Assembly: GCF_964188315.1 (NCBI RefSeq)
Contig: NC_135659.1
Coordinates: forward strand, 13,020,001 to 13,084,000
Direction: 5' to 3'
DNA: 64,000 nucleotides
From: Podarcis muralis
Lineage: Eukaryota
Shown here in pieces: positions 1 through 11,681 of this stretch (positions are counted from its first letter, which is position 1; each line of letters starts with the position of its first letter). The position numbers and the translations under genes were made by a program. The notes beneath the pieces are model-generated. The model was not told the DNA's origin, did not search any database, and worked only from the letters and a program-made list of their open reading frames with translations.

Positions 1-92
1 TTGCAAACGCATATCTCTCTGCCAAAAACTTCAGCACAAAGGGGAAGTAATCATAACCTTTCATAAAATCATAGATTGCGAGAAGAACTTAC

Positions 93-159
93 AGAAACAA
101 GTAAACCGATCTACCCTCGTGGAGTGGCTCATCCAGGTGTGTTGCTGCTGTGTCTCCAT
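93..159 (-). CDS. Putative leader-peptide exon of the neighbouring selectin (L-selectin by synteny); gene continues left of the window
   Basis: ATG at 159 opens METQQQHTWMSHSTRVDRFTCF + 1 nt, ending at a strong GTAAGT donor (92-87). A phase-1 end is what a selectin lectin exon needs. Acceptor ...tctgtcAG at 206-205. No recognisable protein homology; the call rests on position and phase. Confidence 0.35.
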
Positions 160-329
160 CTTCAATCTACTCCTTCTTTAAAGTTGTGTTGGACCAAAAC
201 AATTCTGACAGACAACGCAGGCGGAAGGGCAAAGAGTATGATGGCATGTTTACACATCCCAGCAGTCTCATCCAAGTTACAAATTTATCTTTCAGACCTT
301 GACCTGCCTGGAATAGTTTGTGGATATAC

Positions 330-400
330 CTGCATTGGGGTCTTTCTTTCTCTCTCCCTCTCTCGACACTAGCACAAGAAAGACAGGGTCTGACAAACAC
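330..400 (-). other. Possible upstream first exon of the same selectin
   Basis: Ends ATGCAG|GTATAT at 330, giving a 125-nt intron (329-205) with a pyrimidine-rich acceptor. The 5' limit is unknown. Confidence 0.25.
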
Positions 401-466
401 AGTATCTCCTATGTAACGTATATTATTATTTTGGCAAAGAGTTAATTAGAATCTCTGGACTCACCT

Positions 467-832
467 AAAGGTAAAGGTAAAGGTACCCCTGCCCGTACAG
501 GCCAGTCTTGACAGACTCTGGGGTTGTGCGCCCATCTCACTCAAGAGGCCGGGGGCCAGCGCTGTCCGGAGACACTTTCCGGGTCACGTGGCCAGCCTGA
601 CAAAGTTGCATCTGGCGAGCCAGCGCAGCACACGGAAACGCCGTTTACCTTCCCGCCAGTAAGCGGTCCCTATTTATCTACTTGCACCCGGGGGTGCTTT
701 CGAACTGCTAGGTTGGCAGGCGCTGGGACCGAGCAGCGGGAGCGCACCCCGCTGCGGGGATTCGAACCGCCGACCTTTCGATCGGCAAGCCCTAGGCGCT
801 GAGGCTTTTACCCACAGCGCCACCTGCGTCCC
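467..832 (-). mobile_element. Sauria SINE (Squam1), subfamily with GGTACCCCTGCCCGTAC body
   Basis: tRNA-derived head at the right end, (ACCTTT)n tail at the left; TSD TCTGGACTCACCT at 454-466 and 833-845. Confidence 0.93.
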
Positions 833-846
833 TCTGGACTCACCTA

Positions 847-1200
847 GGTAAAGGTAAAGGGACCCCTGACCACTAGGTCCAGTTGCGGACGACTCTGGGG
901 TTGCGGCGCTCATCTCGCTTTACTGGCCAAGGGAGCTGGCGTACAGCTTCCGGGTCATGTGGCCAGCATGACTAAGCCGCTTCTGGCAAACCAGAGCAGT
1001 GCACGGAAACGCCATTTACCTTCCCGCCAGAGCGGTACCTATTTATCTACTTGCACTTTGACGTGCTTTCGAACTGCTAGGTTGGCAGGAGCAGGGACCG
1101 ATCAACGGGAGCTCACCCCATTGCAGGGATTCGAACCGCCAACCTTCTGATCAGCAAGTCCTAGGCTCTGTGGTTTAACCCACAGCGCCACCCACGTCCC
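847..1200 (-). mobile_element. Sauria SINE, GGGACCCCTGACCA subfamily
   Basis: Full-length body and tail; target GACTCACCTA repeated at 837-846 and 1203-1212. Confidence 0.93.
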
Positions 1201-1213
1201 ATGACTCACCTAT

Positions 1214-1370
1214 ACAGCTGCAAATGTCACGTTTTAAGTGCATCATACAAATGTGACACTAGATGGCGCTGGTGAGCTACTGGTAAATTCCATATGTATT
1301 TTTAAACGGTTTTTTAAAAAACAACAAAAAACATACATTTTTATACCTTTTTTATACATGTGAAGATTCA
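1214..1370. repeat. Old interspersed repeat carrying a CTCF-like motif (relatives at 18639 and 19984)
   Basis: ACAGCTGCAAAT...TGTGACACTAGATGGCG...GAGCTA...AAATT aligns by eye with 19938-20097. Confidence 0.6.
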
Positions 1371-1544
1371 GCCTCTATGATATTCCCTAAAATTATGTTT
1401 CATTTCCTGGTTTGGGTTTAAAAAATAAATAAAATTATTGTTACAGTGACTATTTATTTATTTATTTCTATTTTAAGTTAAAATACTAAAACAGATTAAA
1501 ATTACTTCAAGTTTCCAAGCACCCAAGTAGGCTTGTCTAAATAC

Positions 1545-1902
1545 AGGCCTCGGTCCTGTATACCTGAAGGAGCGTCTCAACCCCCAACGTTCAGCCCGGA
1601 CACTGAGATCCAGCGCTGAGGGCCTTCTGGCGGTTCCTTCGCTGCAAGAAGTGAGGTTACAGGGAACCAGGCAGAGGGCCTTCTTGGTAGTGGTGCCCGC
1701 CCTGTGGAATGCCCTCCCATCAGATGTTAAGGAAATAAACAGCTATCTTACTTTTAGTAGACATTTGAAGGCAGCCCTGTTTAGGGAGGTTTTTAAATTT
1801 TAATGCTGTATTGTTTTTAACACTTGATTGGAAGCCGCCCAGAGTGGCTGGGGAAACTCAGCCAGATGGGTGGGGTATTATTATTATTATTATTATTATT
1901 AT
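1545..1902 (+). mobile_element. L2-clade LINE 3' fragment
   Basis: Encodes ...RLQGTRQRAFLVVVPALWNALPSDVKE; GGAAGCCGCCCAGAGTGGCTGGGGAAAC 3' UTR; (ATT)n tail. Confidence 0.85.
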
Positions 1903-2182
1903 ATTTTTAGCAGGCACCAAAAGAGTACAGTGCTTAATCTCAATCGGCAGTGAGTTCCACACTAAACAAGAGGCGACTGAGAGGAGCAGAGACTGAGATC
2001 AGTAGCGTAGGTGGGGGGGGCAGGAGATGGCAATTCCCTTTCACCCCAAGTGGTAAGACGGGGCAAGCCGCCTCTGCTTCTACCTCTGAAATAAATAGCC
2101 ACTGGATTTTTCAGAGAACCACTAGATTCTTCAGAGAGCCAATAAACCAATCTCTGGAAAAACCAAGTCTAATATATTGTGC

Positions 2183-2640
2183 TATGGTTAAAGCTATGGT
2201 TTCCCCAGTAGTGATGTATGGAAGTGAGAGCTGGACCATAAAGAAGGCTGATCGCCGAAGAATTGATGCTTTTGAATTATGGTGCTGGAGGAGACTCCTG
2301 AGAGTCCCATGGACTGCAAGAAGATCAAACCTATCCATTCCGAAGGAAATCAGCCCTGAGTGCTCACTGGAAGGACAGATCCTGAAGCTGAGGCTCCAAT
2401 ACTTTGGCCACCTCATGAGAAGGGAAGACTCGCTGGAAAAGACCCTGATGTTGGGAAAGATGGAGGGCACAAGGAGAAGGGGACGACAGAGGACGGGATG
2501 GTTGGACAGTGTTCTCGAAGCTACGAACATGAGTTTGACCAAACTGCGGGAGGCAGTGGAAGACAGGAGTGCCTGGCGTGCTCTGGTCCATGGGGTCACG
2601 AAGAGTCGGATACAACTAAACGACTAAACAACAACAACAA
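2183..2640 (+). mobile_element. 5'-truncated RTE/Bov-B LINE
   Basis: Open RT C-terminus (MYGSESWTIKKADRRRIDAFELWCWRRLLRVPWTARRSN...GRQRTGWLD), (CAA)n tail, TSD AATATATTGTGC/AATATCTTGTGC at 2171-2182 and 2641-2652. Confidence 0.93.
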
Positions 2641-3850
2641 AATATCTTGTGCAAATGCCGTTGGAGAAGCTATGGCTGCTGATGTCCAAACTCCACCGCT
2701 TCATTTCCTTATGTAACAAAACCAAAACAAACCTGACACAACCTTGTTCTGGAGGAGATGGCAACGCTGGTTGGAGCTTATATATTAGTCTGTGAATGAA
2801 TGAGCTATATACACGGAATATCCTTTGGAGAGCAGAAACCTGCCTGGCTCAGAACTTTATTATGAAACCAGAGAGACCCCCAGCAATAATAACAAGCTCC
2901 CTCCGTTCTTAGTAATCATCATTTCCTAGCCAAGCCTGCGGTGGTTTTGCTTCGTCCTTGCAGTCTCTCTCTAATAGTTTCTCTTCTACGGAGCGGCAAT
3001 TGGAGCTGCACTGTTAAAAGCATTCATATGTCAAGTAGCTCTGGTTTCAGAGGAAAAAACCCCTCGATGTTTTCATCTGAGATGGGAGAGTTTGAAAGCA
3101 GCACATTCCAAAAGGTCAATTCTGCAGGACGGAGGGTGGAGGAGCAGGGAGGAAATGGGTTGCTATGGGAACCAAAGGACTTGAACATCCAGTAACTTCT
3201 CACCAAAACGCGAATCCTGCTCTGGGAAAACGCAGCAAAAAGCTGGTGAAAACGGGGGCAGTGGTTTTGTTTCTCAGAAGAGACCACTGCTATTCCACCC
3301 ATTGTTTGGAAATACTATAGGATGACTAGGCCCTCCTGGAAATGGTGGCTGTGCATTTAAATGCTCCAAGTGGGAACCAACCAAGGCTGCAGGAGCAAGA
3401 CACTCTTCCCGCAGGTAATGTGGCCAGCAAGATGCATGAATCTTTTAACAAGTGGAATCTGTAGCACGGCTACTCTTGGGCAATTTGTTTTCTATATGGT
3501 ATATCTCCAGCTGACCGATTCTTCAGGCTTCTCTATTTCCTTGTTGTAAGAAGAGAAGAAGGATCTTGCTGGAAAAGACTAAAGATCCATCTGGCCCAGG
3601 AACCTGTTCCCTGCGACTGTGGCAAACCAGTTTTCTTTTTTATTCCTCTTCCTTTTTTATTCCCTGGCAATGGATTTGCTGTTTCACCGCTGTGGCAAGC
3701 AGGGTTAACGTTTCCATGAAGCTACCGTTATAGGAATTCTAAGGTCTCAAATATAGAATCAATCTTGATAATTGCACAAGGTAAGATAATTGTACACAAG
3801 ATAATTGCACACATACAGTACGTAAGTATGTAAACCACATGTCTGAAATA

Positions 3851-4078
3851 CAGCCATACCTTGGGTTACAGACGCTTCATTGCGTTTTTTTGGGTTACAG
3901 ACACGCCAAAACCCAGAAGTACCGGAACGGGTTACTTCTGGGTTTCAGCGGTCACGCATGCGCAGAAGCGCCAAATCGCAACCCATGCATGCGCAGACGC
4001 AGCGCTGCGAGTTGCAAACGCTGCGGGTTGCGAACATGCCTCCCGCACAGATCACGTTCTCAACCCGAGCGCCCACTG
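3851..4078. mobile_element. Tc1/mariner (Tigger-like) MITE
   Basis: Degenerate CAG..TACC..GGGTT / AACCCGAG..CCACTG TIRs flanked by TA. Confidence 0.75.
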
Positions 4079-4276
4079 TAGTACAGAAGAGCAACCCAAA
4101 AGCCATCTTGGCTCTCCTAAAGACTCCCAATATTTCCTCTGTCTCCTTAATCTCCCTTGCCTGACAACATGTAGGCAGTTAGTAGTCAGGCGGAGTTCCT
4201 GAAGAGATTCCTCTCCTATATCTTTGACAATATCTTAGTATTGTCATCGTTTGCCCAGATGCTCTGCATTGAGGGA

Positions 4277-4456
4277 CAGCGGCGTAGCGTGGGTTGTCAG
4301 CACCCGGGACAAGGCAAGTAATTTGCGCCCCCTAACCCGTGGATTTGCGCCCCCTAACCTGTGGATTTGCGCCCCCTAACCCATGGATTTGCCCTAACCC
4401 CAGATGTTGCGCCCGGTGCGGCCGGCCCCCCCTGCACCCCCCACGCTACGCCACTG
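4277..4456. mobile_element. hAT-type MITE with internal 22-bp tandem repeat
   Basis: TIR CAGCGGCGTAGCGTGGG / CCCACGCTACGCCACTG; perfect 8-bp TSD TTGAGGGA (4269-4276, 4457-4464); about 3 copies of TGGATTTGCGCCCCCTAACCyG. Confidence 0.9.
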
Positions 4457-5134
4457 TTGAGGGATGTCTGACAGGCATCCCAATTGTCTTATCAAAAGCT
4501 AGTGTTCTGTGTAAACTGTGTCTGGATCTTTGTGAAACTTGCTAAATCCTCAGGAATATCACACCTCGGCCTGCCTGAGCCACAGTAACCCCACCTTATG
4601 TGTGAGGTAATTTCTGACTGTTTGTAGAGGGGACGTTCTTCTTCTCTGCGCCAAAATGACAACCCTACAAAGAGATGTTTCTTCTTGGTTCTGGGTCTCT
4701 TTTGCCTCCTTGCAAGGAGGGGAGGGAAGTCTGTTGCAACAGATAAATAAAGATCTGCCTTGCTTTCACTGCATCCTGCCTCCATCCATTCATCTCTGAC
4801 CAATCATGGACTTAGTCCCTTGGGAAGTTGGGCAGCAAAAGACAACCACCCCTATTTTTCTAGACCCACAATGATCTCAAGATCCTTTGCGTTGCATCAC
4901 CATCAGTTCAGATTCTTGTGTGTGTACACTTAATTCATCCAGATTGGAAAGGGACCCCAGCTTTCTTGTTCACCTTCCTAATGAATTTTGCATAATTTAC
5001 GAACTTGGCCATCTCAGCCAATGTGTATTGAAGGCACATTGTAAAGGGGCACACTGGGAAAAAATTGGTAGCCAAAGATTCTGGGGTTCCCTTTTAATAT
5101 ACTGTTAACTCCCAGTGCAGGGGCCCTCAGGTGG

Positions 5135-5415
5135 AGGCAGCACCAGTTTCTAGCCACAGTGATCCATGCAACAGGTCACCTCCAGGCTTTACTACTATAA
5201 TTCGCTCTAAGCAGGGCTGCCCTTGAAGCTGTCCCAGAAACTCCAGTGGGTGCAGAATGCTGCAGCGAGGCTCCTCACAGGGTCTCTGCCATGGGAGCAT
5301 ATTCACCCAGTGCTTTTCCAGCTGCACCGGCTCCTGGTGGAGTACAGGGTCAGATTTAAGGTGCTGCTTTTGACCTTTAAAGCCCTTCACGGCCTAGGAC
5401 CCTCAGACCTACGGG
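5135..5415 (+). mobile_element. L2 LINE fragment
   Basis: Encodes QKLQWVQNAAARLLTG...HIHPVLFQLHRLLVEYRVRFKVLLLTFKALHGLGP, a typical L2 RT C-terminus. Confidence 0.85.
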
Positions 5416-5437
5416 AACAGGCAGCTCCCTATTTGCG

Positions 5438-6170
5438 TGTTCAGACCCAGAAACCTCCCCCCTAAATAAATTCACACTTGACTCAAATTTTGGTTTTGGT
5501 TTTTGGCAAAAATTAGGCCACAACTTTATTGATTACAGAAAGTGACTGGTTGCATAGGCTCTGGTTCGACTAGCTCCCTGCCATGCAGGTAGCGCTGACC
5601 CAGGGTTCCAGCATAGGTCAGCCAAGGGTGAACACCTGGATAAGTGGAAAGCTGGAAACAGGCTAACTCCACCACCCAGATGTCCCCCTGGACTCAGGCA
5701 CGGCCACAACCCCCTCTCAGGGGTTGACCAAACCATCGAGTCCCTGGATTCCTTTAACGGAATACCCTTCACATAGGGATGGCGAGAGCGTTCTCCCATC
5801 CCTATCCCCTGAACCAGAGCCTATCCGCAACCTTACAAGTTGTGACGATTTGCCATGCGGCAGGCGAAACCCAAATGGCAACAGCCAATCAGCCAAGTGG
5901 GGAAAATTCCTGCCGTGCCCCTGTCCCAACGACAGATGACACACGACGGCATAGCAAGGTCAAATGCAAAGCCCTAAATGTAGGGAGAGGTGGGCGGGTG
6001 TTCTGAATGCACGCGCCGAAAGAGGAAGCTCTGGGTCACGTGCATGGGCATAAATAGGTCCCTCGAACCGTCTGGACTGTATCCCATTGGCCAGATTGCT
6101 CCCAGCTATGAGGGACCTACCAATCGGGTGTTGTGGCTGACCAATTGTACCCACCCACAACACTCGGTGT
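5438..6170 (-). mobile_element. Possible solo LTR
   Basis: On the minus strand: several CCAAT/ATTGG boxes (6085-6145), TATTTAT (about 6050-6056), CAATAAAGTTGTGGCC poly(A) signal (AATAAA at 5530-5525), ends ...TGAACA at 5438. No TSD found. Confidence 0.4.
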
Positions 6171-6265
6171 CGGTTTTCCAGGTATCACTGCAATATGTGC
6201 CCTCTTTAAGGGAGGACCCAATTTACCCAGCAAGAAAGGCACTGACAATTAGTAGCGTAGTTATA

Positions 6266-6490
6266 CAGTGGTACCTCGGGTTACAGACGCTTCAGGTTAC
6301 AGACACTTCAGGTTACAGACTCCACTAACCCAGAAATAGTACCTCGGGTTAAGAACTTTACCTCAGGATGAGAACCAGCAGGAGGCAACGGGAGGCCCCA
6401 TTAGCCAAAGTGGTACCTCAGGTTAAGAACAGTTTCAGGTTAAGAACGGACCTCCAGAACGAATTAAGTTCTTAACCCGAGGTACCACTG
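6266..6490. mobile_element. Tigger-like MITE
   Basis: TA|CAGTGGTACCTCGGGTT...AACCCGAGGTACCACTG|TA. Confidence 0.9.
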
Positions 6491-7118
6491 TAGATGCAAT
6501 GGGAATTCCCACTGTAGGGACATCAAGAAGGAGAAAGGCAAATTGCTTACTAGGTCACAATGACCAAAATACATTCTGGGCTATGTGAGAAAGCATTGCA
6601 GAAATCTCATCTTCTGCTTGCAGGTGACTGGCTGTGTAAAAGGGCAAACATGCCTCCCAGTTAATGTCACTCACGGCTTGCAGAGGTCAGCGCATCAAGC
6701 AGTGCATGCTCACCTCTCAAGCACGCCGTGCGACACCTGTCAAAGAGCACTGGCTCTTCTCTACGCCATGCCAAAAGAATATGGGGAGGGTGGAAAATTA
6801 AGCCTGGCTCACACGTTCAGCTGGGGCAGAAAAAGGGGAGGATAGCATGGTGGAATAGGGCAAACCTCTGCTCTTCGCCATCCAGCTCACGTCAGGTTTG
6901 AACAGAATTCCTAGCATGAGCTGGCACCAGTACCAGGTACCCTTTGGGGGGCAGCAAGGCCCATCCCACATGTTTTCCTGGCGCACCATTCCAAGCAACA
7001 CAAGGCAACTGGATAGGGACACCCTTTAAACTTCCCACAATCCCCTCAACTAGCATCACTCTGGGATATTGTGGACTATCCAAAAGAAGGCTACACACAG
7101 CCCCCACTTAAAGCACAA

Positions 7119-7503
7119 AAAGGGTCAAGGTAGAGGACCCCTGGACGATTAAGTCCAATCAAAGACAGTGATGGGGTTGTGGCACTCTTCTCACCTTCAG
7201 GTCGAGGGAGCCAGTGTTTGTCCACAGACAGCTTTCCAGGTCATGTGGTCAGCATGACTAAACCGCTTCTGGTGCAACGGGACACCATGATGGAAACCAG
7301 AGTGCACAGAAACGCCGTTTACCTTCCCGCCGCAGCGGTAGCTATTTATCTACTTGCACTGGTGTGCTTTCGAACTGCCTGGTTGGCAGGAGCTGGGACA
7401 GAGCAACGGGAGCTCATTCCATCGCCGGGATTTGAACCGCCAACCTTCCGATCAGCAAGCCCAAGGGGTTCAGTGGTTTCGACCACAGCACCACCCGCAT
7501 CTC
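7119..7503 (-). mobile_element. Older Sauria SINE subfamily copy
   Basis: GGACCCCTGGACGATTAAGTCC...TTTGTCCACAGACAGC body; diverged tRNA head. Confidence 0.85.
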
Positions 7504-7968
7504 CACTTACAGCACTACCACTGCAACCAAGTAAGCCCACTGGTAGAGGAAGGGTCTCACCAGATGGCATGTTGGTCGTTAAACCTGGAATGACTCTGGA
7601 AGCTGATTACATCAAGGCCTGGTTGGAATGATCTCTCTCCCTCCAAATAAGGAATGGGGAAATCACATAAGCCGGGCCTCCATGTGATGATAGAACCACG
7701 AAGAGAACATGGTTCAGGGGGGGGTGCATCCCCCTCATCCCCAGGAGGAGGAGCCAGCCACTTAAGAGCTCCATGCTTGGCCCTGATTTTTTGGAACATT
7801 GGGGAGTGCCCCCCCCAAAAAAAATATTGGGGAGGGGGGCAAAAGAGTTGGGTCCCCAGCAGTTGGTGCTCCTGATAACAAGTCTATAAAAATAAAAACA
7901 CATTGAGCTTGGATATCTCTTATTTTCCACTGGGCCGAGCTGCATTTCTAGTAAACCTTAGTTTGTGA

Positions 7969-7970
<2 letters not shown>

Positions 7971-8019
<49 letters not shown>

Positions 8020-8232
8020 TTTATTATTTATACCTCACCCATCTGCCTGGGTTTCCCCAGTCACTCTGGGCGGCTTACAGCACATAAAAAATTGTCAAAC
8101 ATTAGACATTAAAAGTTTCCCGATACAGGGCTGCCTTCAGATGTCTTCTAAAAGTCAGGTAGTTGTTTATTTCCTTGACATCTGATGGGAGGGCATTCCA
8201 CAGGGCGGGTGCCACCACCGAGAAGGCCGCCT
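7971..8232 (-). mobile_element. L2 3' end with (AAT)n microsatellite tail
   Basis: (AAT) about 16 times at 7971-8018, then TTTATACCTCACCCATCTGCCTGGGTTTCCCCAG... Confidence 0.85.
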
Positions 8233-8425
8233 GCAAAAAAAAAAAAAATACAAAATATATATTTTAAAAAAATATTCCTATTTGTTGTATCATCCCCAGC
8301 CATTTATTGGGCAGAGAGAGGAGAAAATGGTTCTGTTCTCCATTATTGATCTAAACAATAAAATCATGCCAAAGAGAAAGAAATTTGTCCTTACTTTTTT
8401 GACATCTAGAGGCTCTCAGTTTATA

Positions 8426-8748
8426 CAGTGGTGCCTCGCAAGACGAAATTAATCCGTTCCGCGAGTCTCTTCGTCTTGCGGTTTTTTCGTCTTGCGAAGC
8501 ACGGCTATTAGCGGCTTAGCGGCTATTAGTGGCTTAGCGGCTTAGCGGCTATTAACGGCTTAGCGGCTATTAACGGCTTAGCGGCTTTAAGAAAAAGGAA
8601 ACAAACTCGCAAGAACTCGCAAGACGTTTCGTCTTGCGAAGCAAGCCCATAGGGAAATTCGTCTTGCGGAACGACTCAAAAAACAGAAAACACTTTCGTC
8701 TAGAGAGTTTTTCGTCTTGTGAGGCATTCGTCTTGCGGGGCACCACTG
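8426..8748. mobile_element. Tigger-like MITE (CAGTGGTGCCTCGCAAGACG family)
   Basis: TIRs flanked by TA; internal GCGGCTTA/GCGGCTATTA tandem array at about 8505-8587. Confidence 0.9.
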
Positions 8749-10290
8749 TATGTCGGTTTTTCTACTTGGGCTGATTTCCATACCTTGCAGAAGAGGGAAT
8801 GAAGAGGGAATTTCAGCCGATATAACTTGCAGAAAGCTGTGCCAACGGAAAGTCCCTCTTCTAGACAACTGTTAAAAAGCTGCTTGAGCCCAGTCCTCTT
8901 TTGCATTGTATGCCGCCCTGGTATCTACACAGAGGAAAGGTCGGCTGTAACTATTTACAGGAAATAACCACTCTTATACTGAGACGTTTGTGAAATTATT
9001 ACATGATCAGAAAATTTGGCACCTGCGCATGCAAGGTTTGTTAAAATGGCACGGCCGATCTCATAAACAGAGACATGTCAGTGAGGTCGTTTTTCTCAGC
9101 AGTGCAGCATAAAGCTTCTGTCTTGCTCTTTTCCTCTTCTCCGCCAGATGTTTCTACAGCTGTGGAGACATAAAAGTAGCAGCACTGGCAACAAAGCTGA
9201 TGGGTAGCTGATGTAGGGCTGCCACCTTTTAATCTGGCAAGCTATAGACAGTCTAGACATTCATTGCTTCAGTGGATTATTACACCACTATACAATCTTG
9301 GGCATTGAGTCACGCTGTTTTAATTATCTTAACTATTAAATACAGAGCTGGAAAATGGACAAGTAAAGCATATAACGGCAAGATTCTCCTCGCCTAGCCA
9401 AACATTTTATAATATACAGCAAAACCTCAGTTTTCAAAGTGTGTGGGGCAAATGAAATTGCAACCATGAATTGTGCTGCTGCAAAACAGTTTACCTTTTG
9501 CTTTGAACCACGTTTGGTATCGCTCTTTGCCGTCTCCAGAAGTCTCTCTTCGCATCCTTTTGATGCACCAAAAGTTTGGATTCTGCCTTCAAACGCAAAA
9601 ATGGACGGACTCCCATCCATCCTGTTATCACCTCCTTATTGTCCACGGAGCTTTCGGTATTCGAATAATGCGTAATATTGATGAAGAGACAGCAACTATA
9701 AACTCTGGAGGGACTTTAGTCTTGAGAACAGATTCAGTGGGGATTTTTCATCGGGCATGTAGGGCTAATCTACAGGGCACCTCAGGGAACCGGGGGGGAT
9801 TAACATGTTTCATCTGATCATCCTCTGGGGGCTCCATCCTGCCTGAGGGTGGGGTGGTGGGGAATGGCCATTTATTGCTTACTCTTTAGTCGATAATCAC
9901 TAAGTCATAAGCATTACCTACTTAGATCTCTGACCCAGAGGTCAGTCCTTGTTATGGTGCTCCCATTAGACATGCTGTGACCATCCTTGGCTCCCTGTCT
10001 GCCTCCCTATTTTAAGCAGAAAGCCCCATCAGGATGGAATAGCACACCAGTAATACCTTGAGGTTTCACAGTGTTTACAAAGCGGTTTATTTCGTGGACC
10101 TTTAAGGAGGCCTAGAGGCAGACAATCGTTTTGTGTGGAGCCAGGTGTTATTTTCCATGCCTGCGTTTAATCATGTTCTTGGGACAAGCTGATTAAGATG
10201 AGATCTCCCCCTGTCCCCATCTACATTAGAATTATTTCAGAGGAATTTCTGTTTTTTAAAGCTGTTTCTAATGTTTTTATTGTTCTATCT

Positions 10291-10428
10291 CAGGCATAGG
10301 CAAACTCGGCCCGTCAGATGTTTTTTAGGACTACAACTCCCATCATCCCTAGCTAACAGGACCAGTGGTCAGGGATGATGGGAATTGTAGTCCCAAAACA
10401 TCTGGAGGGTCAAGTTTGCCCATGCCTT
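10291..10428. mobile_element. Palindromic hAT MITE
   Basis: CAGGCATAGGCAAACT...AGTTTGCCCATGCCT; TSD TTCTATCT on both sides. Confidence 0.88.
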
Positions 10429-10530
10429 TTCTATCTTTTCTTGTTTGTCACTTTGGGCTCCTTTAGAAGGAAAGGCAAGATATAACATTAAAAGACAACC
10501 ATACAAACAACAAACTTTGATGTAAAATTA

Positions 10531-10790
10531 CCGTGTTTTTTGCTCTATAAGACTCACTTTTTCCCTCCTAAAAAGTAAGGGGAAATGTGTGTGCGTCTTA
10601 TGGAGCGAATGCAGGCTGCACAGCTATCCCAGAAGCCAGAACAGCAAGAAGGATTGCTGCTTTCACTGTGCAGCGATCCCTCTTGCTGTTCTGGCTTCTG
10701 AGATTCAGAATATTTTTTTTTCTTGTTTTCCTTCTCCAAAAACTAGGTGCGTCTTGTGGTCTGGTGCGTCTTATAGAGCGAAAAATACGG
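10531..10790. mobile_element. Tigger/pogo-like MITE (CCGTATTTTTCGCTCTATAAGAC family)
   Basis: TA-flanked TIRs; related to 59457-59915. Confidence 0.85.
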
Positions 10791-11293
10791 TAAATAAATA
10801 AAATCTGAAACTTCTTACAAAGGATTTTTTGAGTCCTCTGACTTTGTATAGGCAGGAATTCAAGGAGTGCTAAGTATCAGCTAAGCAGGTCCAGCCCAAG
10901 ACATTTGGGCACCTGAGGCAAACCACAAAAGGCCACCTCTCTTCCCTGCCGGGGAAGAAGGGGTGAGTGATGATCTACAGCAGGAACAGGTCGGGCAATA
11001 CAGATCTGCATTGTGATCTGCTGCTCTGTGGATCCTGCCACCTGAGGCAGTCGCCTTACCTTGCCTCATGGGTGGGCCGGCCCTTCAGCTAAGTAACTTT
11101 CTAGCGCAGAACCTCTTGCCCTAGGCCCACAGTCCCCTGCACTGTTTCAACTGCAGATGTTTCACAAAGGGAGGGTATTCCTCCCCATCTGAAGCACTAA
11201 TTCTTCAGGGGGGGGGGGAGCTTGCTTTTGGTGTTGCTGCCACCACTGTTTTAAAAACAACCAGGCATTCTGATTTGTGGCATGATAGCTTTA

Positions 11294-11655
11294 AAGGTAA
11301 AGGTAAAGGTACCCCTGCCCGTACGGGCCAGTCTTGACAGACTCTAGGGTTGTGCGCCCATCGCACTCAAGAGGCCGGGGGCCAGCGCTGTCCAGAGACA
11401 CTTCCGGGTCACGTGGCCAGCGTGACATCGCTGCTCTGGTGAGCCAGAGCCGCACACGGAACATCGTTTACCTTCCCGCTAGTAAGTGGTCCCTATTTAT
11501 CTACTTGCACCCGGGGGTGCCTTCGAACTGCTAGGTTGGCAGGCGCTGGGACCGAACAACGGGAGCTCACCCTGTCGCGGGGATTCGAACCGCCGACCTT
11601 TCAATCAGCAAGCCCTAGGCGCTGAGGCTTTTACCCACAGCGCCACCCGCGTCCC
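11294..11655 (-). mobile_element. Sauria SINE (GGTACCCCTGCCCGTAC subfamily)
   Basis: TSD CATGATAGCTTTA at 11281-11293 and 11658-11670. Confidence 0.93.
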
Positions 11656-11681
11656 ATCATGATAGCTTTACCTTTACCTTA

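Noticed and set aside
524-1150. Recurrent ORFs containing TYLSTCTLTCFRTARLAGAGTEQRE (also at 7179, 11755, 12356, 29337 and 49904), resembling a protein family
   Set aside because: All lie within Sauria SINE copies; they are translations of a non-coding repeat.
1950-2182. N-terminal part of the 225-aa ORF
   Set aside because: Lies outside the Bov-B TSD; it is chance open frame fused to the RT fragment, with no homology or splice support.
4320-4395. 22-bp direct repeats containing CCCTAA
   Set aside because: Internal tandem repeat of a hAT MITE; not a telomeric array or CRISPR.
9806-10078. Possible short solo LTR (TGT...ACA with AATAAA on the minus strand)
   Set aside because: No TSD and no second copy in the window, so unsupported.
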